From Entomortierella parvispora E1425 (Eukaryota; Fungi; Mortierellomycota): 64,000 nt of DNA. Where the stretch lies: assembly GCA_020891255.1 (NCBI GenBank), contig BQFW01000013.1, positions 1,426,001 to 1,490,000 of the forward strand. Direction: 5' to 3'. Of the stretch, positions 12,262 through 23,370 are shown one piece after another; positions within the stretch are counted from its first letter, which is position 1, and every line of letters starts with the position of its first letter. The notes beneath the pieces are model-generated. The model was not told where the DNA came from. It saw only the letters and a program-made list of their open reading frames with translations, and searched no databases. A program made the translations under genes and the position numbers.

Positions 12262-13392
12262 ATGAGCAAGATTCATGTCAGCTACAACCAGATCCACTCC
12301 ATGATCAAGGAGACCGTCGACTCGTTGCACCTCAACGAGGACTTCCAGCCCGACATCATGGGTAGGAGTTGCCTTCCTTGTGTTTAGTCCTAGCCACCCT
12401 TTTTCTCATTCTTTTCTGTAATGTGCAACTGTGACACCTGCAATAAGCAATACTGGTCCCCTGTGCTCGTCAAGGGTCCACTTGTCAAAACAGAAAAAAA
12501 AAAAAAAGTCTGCAGTTGCCCGCGAAAAAAAGGGTGGCGATTGAAAAATAACCTTGTTTTTGTGCTGACTCTTTTTCTTTTTTTACTGTTGCACACACAT
12601 AGTCGCCATCGGAGGTGGTGGATTCATTCCTGGTAAGTCATTGTTGCATGTCTTGTCTATATCATGAACAGAGCTAGACGCTTGACTATTCTCTCAGAGA
12701 ACTGACCAAGATCGACACTCTTCGCTCTTTCTTTTTTTTTTTTTTTTTTTTTTTGAATCTCAGCCCGTATCCTGGTAAGCAACAGACCTCTGGTCCCGGG
12801 ATCTTGATCACACGATTGAAATGGCAAAGCAGGATAGCATTGTGGCTCATTGTTCCTAAATGGCCGACTCTTTCTTTTTTATTATCTGATCAAATAGAGA
12901 ACCTTCTTGAAGAAGAGAAACAACAAGAACATCTCGATCCAGGCCATCGGTCTCTCCCTTTATGAAGATCTCGAGATCTGGAAGGCCGCCCACAAGGATG
13001 ACGAGCCCATCACACAGGAGCCCGAGGTCATCAAGACTCAATGGCTCAACTTTGACTCGTCCGAGACCTCTTTGATCGGACGCAACATCTTGATTGTGGA
13101 CGAGGTCGATGATACCCGCAGAACCCTGGCCTATGCTGTCCGCGAGTTGACCAAGGATCTCGAATTGGAGTCTGAGAAGTTGAGAGCCCAAGGCAAGGAA
13201 GTCCCCGAGACCAAGATCGGTGTCTTTGTCCTCCACAACAAGTTGAAGGAGAAGCGCGAGCAGCTTCCTGACGAGATCATGAACGGACGGTATTTCGCCT
13301 GCAAGCAGATGCCTGATCAATGGTTGGTTTACCCTTGGGATGCCTTGGACATTGAGGATCACACCGAGAAGTCGCGCGATAACACGTATTAG
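12262..13392 (+). CDS. HPT1: Fungal-type hypoxanthine/xanthine-guanine phosphoribosyltransferase (exons 12262-12361, 12603-12632, 12764-12774, 12898-13392)
   Basis: Spliced VAIGGGGFIPARILRTFLK and PRPP-binding ILIVDEVDDTRRTL, plus WLVYPWD, match yeast Hpt1/Xpt1. Confidence 0.92.
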
Positions 13393-14087
13393 ACTTGCAC
13401 ACCCTCCCTAACCGTCCACTTTGCATTCATGCACTCACTCACTCTCACTCAGCATTCACATCCCTGTCGATCATATTTTCTTTCACAATAAATTGGCCTG
13501 CATTGAAAAAGAACGTAGAGGTCAAAATTCTGTCACGTGCGCCTAGATCTTGCCACGTCGCTGGCAATTTGAACAGGTCAAGGTCAAGAACACGAAGAGC
13601 GAGAGCCAAGACGAGAGCGGATCTGGGGAAGAGCACGAGAGCAGCAGATTCCAGAGTGGATCATGAAGAAGGATGAATGGCTGATTTGGTGCGAATGACA
13701 AGCAGCAGGAGGAGGATCGTGATCAAGACCATGATCCAGATGAAGAGTGCGCGTGTGTCATGAATCCACGAAGGAGGTCAAGGAAGCAAGCAAGCCCCTT
13801 TTGAGGTTCCCTGTTCGTTCTTTTGTTCGCTCTTTCGTTCCTTCGTTCTTCATACTCCCCTCATTCTCATCTCGCTGGTCATCTTCTTTCTCCTTCCTTC
13901 TCTCCTTCCTTCTTCCATTCCTTCCTCCTTTCCCTCCTCTCATCCCTACCCCCTTCTTCCCATCTCATCTCCCATCCCGCGCCAGGACCGCACGCTCATC
14001 ACCACTGAGCAGCCCCCTTGTCTCCCTCCATCTGCTCACCACCACTAAAGATCGCGCTTTCTCTCCTCCGCGATCCCTGTGTGCGCC

Positions 14088-17000
14088 ATGGCCTACTCTC
14101 AACCATCGACCCCGACGATGCGTCCAGCTCAGGCACCCATGCCCAGACCTGGATTCAGACCCCAACAGCAGCAACAGCAGCAGCCACACCAGCAGCAGCC
14201 GCACAGCTTGTCCAGGCCAGGTACCCCTGGGCAGGCTCAAGGAGGACCTCCAGGACCTCCAGGACAGCCAGCCATGGGATTCAGACCGCCACACCCTAAT
14301 GGCATGCCCCAGCAGGGCCAAAATCCTGCCAGACCGCAATTCAACGCAATGCCACGCCCGCCCCATCCTCAAGACAATGGCCATCCTGTTGGTCAACCCA
14401 ATAACGCGATGAGACGGCCCTCCGCTGGCGGAGCCTCGCTTCCTTCCTCGCCTGGTTTCCAGCGCCCACCAATGCCTGCAGGATCTGGATCCTACAACCA
14501 GCAACAACAGCAGCCACACCCACAGCAGCAGCATCCGAACGGAGCTCCTCTTCAGCGTCCTCCCGCGATTGGCGGCATCCAGAGGGCACCGTCACCCATG
14601 ATCCGACCAGCAAACCTGTCGCAGCCAGGAACCCCCGGCATGTCTCCTCAGATCCAGGCTCGGCCACCCCCTGGTCGGTTCATGGGAGCACCCGGTTCGC
14701 CAGCCATGAACCCACTGGGCTACAATGCGTCAGCCAACGGATCTGCAACAGGATTTGGATCAAACCAAAGTCAGCCGCCAACACCAAAGATGCAACATGC
14801 TCCGCCAGCACAGCTCCAGCAGCAAGTTCACCAACAACAGCAGCAGCAGCAATATCAACAGCACCAAACCCAGCAAACCCACCAAATCCATCAGCCACAG
14901 CAGGACCCCGGCCTGATCAACCCAATGGCTGGTACCCCACCTGTACCTACAGCTGCTGGCAAGTCAAAGCGCATGTACCCCCAAGGAATGGGCTCATATC
15001 AGGATCCCGCGCAGACGCAGGGAGGCAACTTTCAGCCCGGTCCCGCCAACGGCATGCCTCCTGCAGCTATGGGCCAGATGCCTCAGCCTTTGGATCAGGG
15101 ATCACAGTTCTTTGTGCCTGGTGAGAAGCCCACTCCAAACTTTGGCCAAACTGTGCCAGCGTACCACCAGGGACTTCAGCCACTGGACGGGCAGGCAATT
15201 CAGCCTAGCGTGGGTCAGTTAGCGAACCAGATGGGAGCCATGAATGTCGGAAACAATTCTGGATATGGCTTTAATAGCCAAGGAGTTAATGTAAGAAGCT
15301 GTGTATTGAATTTTAAAGTGCGGTTCAGACCTTTGCAGATCCACCACTAACCTTTTGTGGTCATTCTTGTCCTCGATCTAATCTAGCTGCCTACTGTGGC
15401 GCTGATGGGTGCTGCTCCCAGAGTTCAAGATCTTGGAGTACCTCCCCCAGCCATCGGTCTGCCGGACACTGTAAGCCGAGAGCACGCTCGTTCTTGCAAA
15501 AATGCGTACTCATATTCTAACAAAGCGGAGCTATCCTTGAATATTAGGCATCGATCACTCAGTCGCCCCATGCCAACTGTGATCCCTCGTACAAACGATC
15601 GACTCTCAACGCCATCCCAGCCAACTCGCAATTGCTGCAAAAGTCTAGACTTCCACTGGGACTTGTCATCACACCATATCGTAGCGTGAAGGAAGGGGAT
15701 GTAAGTTCAAATGGTTATGACCCTTGGGTTCGCGTTCTGTTGATTTCTCAAGATCAGGGGGCTGACTTGCACATTTCTTTGTTTCACTCTATCTTATCAG
15801 GAAGAGGTTCCTGTTGTCACGGATTCCATCATTGCTCGGTGCCGCAGATGCAGAACATACATCAACCCATTTGTGAAGTTTGTTGAAGGAGGACAGCGCT
15901 GGAAATGCAACATGTGCTACACCCTGAACGAAGGTAAGTTGTGAAGTGGGCCATTCAGTCCAGGAAGTCATGGCCGCAAGAATATGACTACTGATTCTAG
16001 CCCTTTTTTTTGAGCAGTGCCCTCATCCTTTGATTACGATTCCCAAACCCAACAGCCAGTTGATCGTTGGCAGCGCAAGGAGCTAAACCATGCTGTCGTG
16101 GAGTACATTGCGCCAACCGAGTACATGGTTCGTCCTCCTCAGCCATTGGTGTATTTGTTCTTGATCGACGTGTCTTATCCAGCTATCCAGAGCGGAATGG
16201 TTGCGACGGCAGCAACGACCATCCTCGAATCTTTGGATCGAATCCCCAACGACGATAGTCGCACGAAGATCGGAATTGTCACAGTCGACAGCTCGATCCA
16301 CTTTTACAATCTGAACGTAAGGATGCATTTTTTTTAGTAGTAGTAGTAGTATGCTTCACTTCATTCCTATGGGAAATACTAATCCTGGCATTGTCGAAAA
16401 AATAGACCTCCTCTGGAGAGCCACAGATGTTGGTGGTATCTGATCTTGAGGATCCCTTTTTGCCTCAGCCACACGATCTTTTGTGCAATCTGAGCGAGTG
16501 TCGAACAACTTTGGAATCGCTTTTGAACAGGATGAACGACATGTTCAAGGACACTCAAAATGTTGGAAACGCTCTAGGACCAGCATTGCAGGCTGCTTAC
16601 AAGCTAGTTTCACCCATTGGCGGCAAGATCTTGTGTTTGCAGGCAAGCTTACCCAACCTGGAGGCTGGAGCACTCAAGATGCGCGAAGATCCAAAGCTTC
16701 TGGGCTCGTCTAAAGAGTCGACTTTGTTGCAGCCAGCCTCTGCCTTCTACAAGACGTTTGCTGTTGATTGCTCCAAATCTCAAGTCTGTGTCGACATGTT
16801 CCTTTTTGGCTCTCAATACTCGGATGTTGCCACATTGAGTAAGGACTATTTCAAACCTGAGTATATTTGTTATTTCTTTTCCTCTGTTCTAACATGTACT
16901 TTTTCCACGAATGAAATAGGTTGCTTACCAAGATTTACAGGAGGAAGCACGTTTTTCTACCCTGCCTTCACTGCAGCGAAATCTGAAGACGCCCTCAAGT

Positions 17001-18388
17001 TTGCACAGGAGCTCGCTGATTTTGTTTCTCAAAGAATTGCTTTGGAAGCTGTGATGCGCGTCCGAGCATCCAAGGGCTTGAAGATGTCAACCTTTTATGG
17101 CAACTTCTTTGTTCGGTCAACCGATCTGCTCTCCCTTCCCAATGTGCCTAGGGATCAATCCTACTCGATTGAACTTGGCTATGAAGATAATCTTACGATT
17201 CCTGTCGTTTGTTTCCAAACTGCGCTGTTGCATACATCATCTTCTGGTAAGTGCTTGATATGCTAAAGGTAAGATCAGTCTTGCCAATATAGCGCCACCT
17301 ACTTATCGATGCTCTTATTCTAGGTGAACGTCGTATCCGTGTCTTGACATTGGCGTTGCCAGTAACTACGAGCTTGTCAGAGCTGTACGCGTCTGCAGAT
17401 CAAGTCGCAATTGCGACATTGCTAGCAAACAAGGCTGTAGAACGCGGCATGAACTCAAAGTTGGAGGATGCAAGAGATGCCTTGACCAACAAGTGTGTCG
17501 ACATTCTCGGTGTCTACAAAACTCACTTGACAGCATCTTCTTCTGGCGCTGCACCCAATTTGCAAATCTGTGACAACCTCAAGCTTTTGCCTCTGTTGAC
17601 TCTAGGAATGTTGAAGCATGTAAGCAAACTCTTCCCATTTTTCATCTGTAACGTGTTTTGTATGTTTCCTCTTTTTGGCCGACTCTGACTGGCCATATTC
17701 TCCTCACGTTAGGTTGCACTCCGCCGAGGTTCTCAGATTCCATCCGATTTGAGATCCTACGCTATGCATCTGTTGTCCACCCTTCCATCCCAATGCCTGA
17801 TTCCCTACTTGCATCCAACATTTTATTCTCTCCATAACATGCCCGAGAATTGTGGAACGATCGGAGCGAATGGTATCGAAATGCCAATGGCTATGAACTT
17901 GAGCAGCGAAAGACTCGAGCGCGGCGGATTGTTCATGTTGGAAGATACACAGAACATCTTTTTGTGGATCGGGCGTGATGCTGTTCCTCAGCTGTGCATG
18001 GATCTCTTTGGTGTTCCGAACTATGAAAGCATTCGTGGTGGAAAGGTAATTACGTGTTTCTCTTAGACCTGAATTATTGTTCAGTTTCATCGAGGGCCAA
18101 CTCTAAGTATCTAACATAACTGAAAAAAAATATCTTTGAATTTCATAGACGACTCTGCCATCCTTGGAGTCCGATTTCAATCAGCGCGTCAACTTGATCG
18201 TGGGCAAGACGAGGGAGATGCGCAGGACTGCCTACTACCCTCAGCTCTATGTTATCAAGGAGGATGGCGATCCAGCCTTGCGTCTTTGGTTCTTGAGCCA
18301 TTTGATCGAAGACCGTGCAGATCCCATCATGAGCTACCACCAATACCTGGGCCACTTGAAGGATAAGGTCAACAGTGGATCGTTTTAA
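14088..18388 (+). CDS. SEC24: COPII coat subunit Sec24 (multi-exon)
   Basis: P/Q-rich N-terminus; zinc finger [12 protein letters not shown]...WKCNMC; trunk YLFLIDVS; [19 protein letters not shown]; gelsolin-like C-terminus. Confidence 0.96.
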
Positions 18389-18898
18389 TAGACTGTCGGA
18401 GGAGGATGGTCATATTCCGGGTCGCAATATTTTCCGACTACAGCATCCGCTTATTACCTCTTCTACCTTGGACTCTGGCTACCCAAATATACATAAAAGG
18501 AAGACAAATGAATGTACTCTGGACAATATTTTTTGTTGTTGTGGGCGCGGTTGAACTCGAAATTGTGCAGCTCCCAGCGTGCTCTTTGGACGCTGTTTGG
18601 CGCTCTTTGGACGTTGGCGTGCTTGTGTACTTGACAGTTGTTTGATAGGCCGCACACCAGCACACAAATCAGCAGTTCTTCAGAATACACTGGCCTATTC
18701 AGCCCACCAACCCTGGAGACTATGCTGGGAGGGTCCAAGAATCTTTATTCCCCATCTAAGAGCATGTTACCACAACTGAAATGGGGGTAATGGACTTGCT
18801 TGACCTCAGCTGCTTGATAAGTTTAGGCGACCAACCGCAGCTTCTGAACAGACGGTTCAGGCGGCTTATGGAGACCTTGGTATGTTGAATACAGGACA

Positions 18899-19018
18899 CT
18901 AGACTTGAGGAGGCTCCTTCAGTCTGTTCTCAACTTTTCTCAGTCTTTTGTGGAGAAGAAGCGAGCTTGTGAGAAGAAAAATATTGGCGACTAAGAGAGC
19001 GACAAAGCCGGCATCCAT
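18899..19018 (-). CDS. Candidate 39-aa single-pass membrane microprotein
   Basis: ATG follows a ~110-nt CT-rich leader like those of the neighbouring genes; MDAGFVALLVANIFLLTSSLLL HKRLRKVENRLKEPPQV*. Confidence 0.35.
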   Translation of the reverse strand: MDAGFVALLVANIFLLTSSLLLHKRLRKVENRLKEPPQV

Positions 19019-20358
19019 TGTGTGTTCAAGGTGTATGAAAGGAATAACTGGGGATAGAAAGAGAGAAGGAATAAAGAGGGAAGGAAAAGAGAAAGTGAAA
19101 AAAAGAGGAAAGAGAAGCAACAAAAAAAGGAGAGTGCTCATTTGATAAGGTTCCTGCATGGCATGAAGTGGATCTAGCATCATCAAGGTGTATGTTGGCT
19201 GAAATCATAACTTTTAAAAACTGGATAGGTCCAGGACACGATTCAGAGCGACTATCGTAACCTCTGTCGGCATTGCCAGCAGTCAGATGCTGTGGAGAGC
19301 TGCGCTTCATGGTACTTGACCTGTTTGCTGCGTGTTTGAAATGATAATACGAACGTGCCATTGCAACTTTGCTGCTCCTCGCGATTGACACCTTTGCAGC
19401 TGGTACGTAGGTGGGTGTGAAGACAGACTGAAGTTGTGGGCAAACAAGAATTTGTCCGACCGTTCGACGAATAGACACCTCCGCCATCTAGATAGTCTAT
19501 TGGACATAAGGTTGGGTGTACAGTGCACGTATCTAGATGGTGTTCTCGAGTGCAATCAAGTTTGAGTTATTGAGCATGGTCGTGGAGGAGGCCAGGTGTT
19601 GGTGGTGGCTAAGAAGAGCAAAGGTTTCAGATGTCTAGATCAGTACAGGTCCAGAGAGTGTCCAGGACAAAGTACGCGGCCATGCTCCGAGAAGGTTGAG
19701 CAGCACAAGAGTAGCTAGAACGGTGGTACTCATGGATCTGCAAACGGACCTGGGATCTCGTTCAAGTACTCATAGTCGCGATCTATGTAGGAGAGCTCAA
19801 GGATGGGAGCCAGGTCGACTTTGTGAATGCCCTAGTCTTCGGATTGTCAATTCCTACCCGTGCGTGCCTGACCATGTCTTGAACCCCAAGCAAGTCTAAT
19901 GTCAAGAAACCACGGCCCTTGATGCCACGGTCAACAAGCTTGAGACCTTGTTTAACGCCAACCTTGAAAAGTTCAAAAGGTCCCGGGCCCCAGAAGAGGT
20001 TCTCTTGCAGGTCCCAAGATCTAAACCTATCAAAACTAATCGTGTCAGCCCCTGCGATGGCCATCATAGAGAATAAAGAATAGAATGTAAAAAAAACTCC
20101 ACAAGACCTCGATGCTACGAAATGACACCAAAGCCCGGGTGTTGGCCATCATCTCCAGATATCCAAACCGTATTGACCATGCTTTGTATCACTCTTTGTT
20201 TTCCTTGATCACCCTTGGTCATAAATGAACCCCTGTCTATAAGGTAGAAGCTGGATCTGAAGCCAAAGACATCTCTTCGAAAAGGCATCTTCCTCAGCTT
20301 GCGAAACAACGAGAAATCCTTCAGACCACCTTGTTGACTTGCAGCGGTCCCCACACAA

Positions 20359-20394
20359 CCCCCTCCCCCCCCCCCCCCCCCCCCTCCCCCCCCC
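20359..20394. repeat. 36-nt poly-C tract with two T interruptions (poly-G on minus strand)
   Basis: Read directly from the sequence. Confidence 0.95.
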
Positions 20395-20840
20395 AGGAAT
20401 GCTGCTAATTCACACGCAACATGGTGGAATGCAACCACCATCTGATTCTCCATTCTCGCGTGCTCCTAAATTCATTGTCCATTCTATTCCTCGACTATGC
20501 GTTGCCGAGCACTTTTGAGACAGAGTTGGTTGGCGCTTCATATCAGATGTTGGGATGCTGCCCTCATCTCTCTCTCTGGCCTGTCAGCCAATCAGCGACT
20601 CGCAAGCTGGTCGTCATCGACAGTGCGTGAAAAGGAGGGCCATTGTTACATGGCGAGAATAACCCGGACGCACTCGATGGATGTCCGCTGCTTTTTTGTG
20701 TTTATCTGCTTCGCCTTTTTCCCCTCCTCTCTTTTTCGCTTCCCCTTCACCCCCACATCCCCCTCCACTTCCAGTCCACTACCAGCACCACTCCCAGTCT
20801 CCCTTCACCTTCACCTTCACCTTCACGCTCCACAGGGACC

Positions 20841-21061
20841 ATGATCCTTCCACCAACCCAAGGTTGCTCCACACTCGCGGAACATTTAAGCACGAGAGCA
20901 CAGCTCGCGCTTTTACGGTATTTTGAAATCCAGCCAAACAAACACAGCCTGGCCATACACTTTGATCCCTTTCAGTCTCTGACGCCCCCTGCATGCTCCT
21001 TTTCATTTCCTCTTTTCTTTGCAGCACTGCCAGCCTGCGGGTAGCAGACCACGTTGCTTAG
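20841..21061 (+). other. Apparent spliced transcription unit with a 37-aa ORF (exons 20841-20917, 21025-21061); small ORF, lncRNA or pseudogene
   Basis: AGCCAATCAG at 20586-20595, CT-rich leader 20700-20830, ACCATG, intron GTATTT...TCTGAC...pyrimidine tract...TTGCAG. Confidence 0.25.
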
Positions 21062-21681
21062 CCGAGTCTCGGTCGCTGTTCGTTTCGTTGCCACCTGTGC
21101 AAACTGACTTTGTGAGGCGCAGTCCTTGCAGAACGCCTCTCTGCCCTCCAAGGTCTTCAAGACTCTACCTCCCTAGCAGATAACTGTGCCCGTTGGGAAG
21201 AGGCACTTTCCCTTTGGTACCTGCCGCACTTCAAGAACGTTTCTTGCCCAGAGTGGTCGGGCTTGAGTGCAACCTTCTAAGCACACAAGTTCCACCTCTC
21301 AGCAAGCAGGGCCACACTCCTCGGACACCTGCTTTCAAGCCTAGCTGTGCCTCTGGGGACTCTATAGCAAGCTCACTCTCTGGAGCAATGCTCGTCCCTC
21401 CCAAGCTCGCTGTTTGCCAAGAGTGTCCCTTCGCCATGGCGCCTTTCCTCCAGAGCACCTCCCTGGCCGTGCTTCCTGTCGTGCAACTGCCCGTTTCGCG
21501 TTTGGGTCAACAACGAAAAGCAGTCCCACGTCAGTAGTGCCCCTTAAAATTGGCCAATCCGTCCTTGCCACCAACGCGTCCGGTCATCCATCTCTCCAAG
21601 GCCCTGAAGACCAAGTGCGCGCCTTCCATCCTGTCAAGATTCTGTCAAGGGGCCGCTGCAGCTTCCCTGCGGTGCCCTCAA

Positions 21682-22045
21682 TGATCAAGGTACGAAAGTA
21701 CTGTATGGCAGTGGGTAGCGCTGCAGGACAAGGCGTCTGCAAGCGCCCATGAGGGTTCAATGATGAATTGGAGGTCTCGAAGTGAGGGAGGTTGTGGTGG
21801 GTGGTGGGTGGTGGGTGGTGTGGATTATTACCCTGAGAATCATCTCCGCGGCTGTCATCGTTCCGGAAGACGTTGCGGGGCCTCTACCCTCGAGGAGATT
21901 AATAGTTGGAGGTGGTTCAGTGAAGGATTCGGTTGAAGAGGTTGGAAGTTTAAGAGGGGAAGATGAGAGTGGTGTGGAGTATCTCCCTGAGAATAATCTC
22001 TGCGGCGTAAGAGATCAACCGCGTCTTGACAACGTCCACTGACCA
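21682..22045. repeat. Direct repeat copy 1 (364 bp)
   Basis: TGATCAAGGTACGAAA...GTCCACTGACCA is shared with 22290-22655; ends nearly identical, middle diverged. Confidence 0.95.
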
Positions 22046-22289
22046 CGCTGGAGTTTTCTCTGTTACGGATAGGAAAAAATCAAGAACGGCCTTTTATCAA
22101 GTCAAGATCCCGCCAAGGGTCAGTTGCCGTTTCCTTGCCGCTCCCTTCCTTGCGGTGATGAAGAGGAGAATTATCACCGCGTGACAATAAGAGGTTTCCC
22201 CTCTCTTCAACGTCAGTCTTCTCAAGCCCTTGACCAAAGGATGATGCTGCCAACATGTTAAATTGTGCCTGGCCGGTTTCCTACAAGAT

Positions 22290-22655
22290 TGATCAAGGTA
22301 CGAAAATACTGTATGGCAGTGGGTAGCGCTGCAGGACAAGGCGTCTGCAAGCGCCCATGCGGGTTCAATGATGAGTTGGAGGTACGGATTGGGGCTGTAA
22401 GTGAGAGAGGTGGTAGGTGGTGGGTGGTGTGGATTATCATCCTGAGAATCATCTCTGCGGCAACCATCGTTACGGAAGACAGTGGTGCCCTACACTCGGG
22501 AAGCGTAATAGTGATCAGAGTTGGTTCAACGAAGGATCTGGTTGGAGTGGTTGGGAGTTCAAGAGGGGAAGATGAGAGTGGTGTGGAGTATCTCCCTGAG
22601 AATGATCTCTGCGGCGTAAGAGATTCAACCGCGTTTTTAAAGCGTCCACTGACCA
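22290..22655. repeat. Direct repeat copy 2 (366 bp)
   Basis: Colinear with 21682-22045; 244-bp spacer between copies. Confidence 0.95.
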
Positions 22656-23370
22656 TACTACAGTCGTATAGGAATGGAAGATGAACTCGTCGTCTTATTA
22701 TAAAATTAACATTCAAATCATGGACAGCTGTTTTCACATCGAATGTCTGAGCAGCACGATGGTGCTCCAAGAGGGGAAAAAAAATGTAACATAACGCTAG
22801 AACCGAAATAGCGAGAGGTGGGAAGAGAGCGTTTTGAATGACATCGCTGTCCTTGGTCTTCTGCACCCCCACCCCCCCCTTTGATCTTCACCAGAATGTT
22901 TGTTCACATAGCACTCTAGTCGAGCAGAATGCCGAGCAGCAGAATCGTGGACAAAAGTAGTATTGTATTTTCGGTTCAGCGGAGATTTCAGGGGTGCCAA
23001 TTTTTGATGGTGCCACGGACAGGAACAGATGTCCTGGAGGAATCAGCCCCTGAATTCACTTCAACCTCACAGGCAAAGAACATGAAATCTCTTGGAAAGT
23101 GGACGATCGACCAGTTGTTGGATGGTGCGCCAAAAGGAAAACTTCTTGGCAGCAGAACATGGCGCAACGCGTCGTCTACCGTTGTGACCAAACACAACCG
23201 CAGAGAGTGAGCCCTTGAAAGAAGGGGAGCAGCCACGCCAAAGGGCTCAGTTCAGCTTCCTCTTTCTTTCTTCCATCAACGACATTCTTTTCTTTCTTCC
23301 ATCCATCCCCCCCATCCATTCTTGCATCCATCCCTGCATCCATTCTCATGATCCAACCGACCCTGCAGCA

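Noticed and set aside
21815-22615. CRISPR-like array
   Set aside because: Only four degenerate repeats; spacers of 116/417/116 nt are homologous to each other; no cas genes; eukaryotic host
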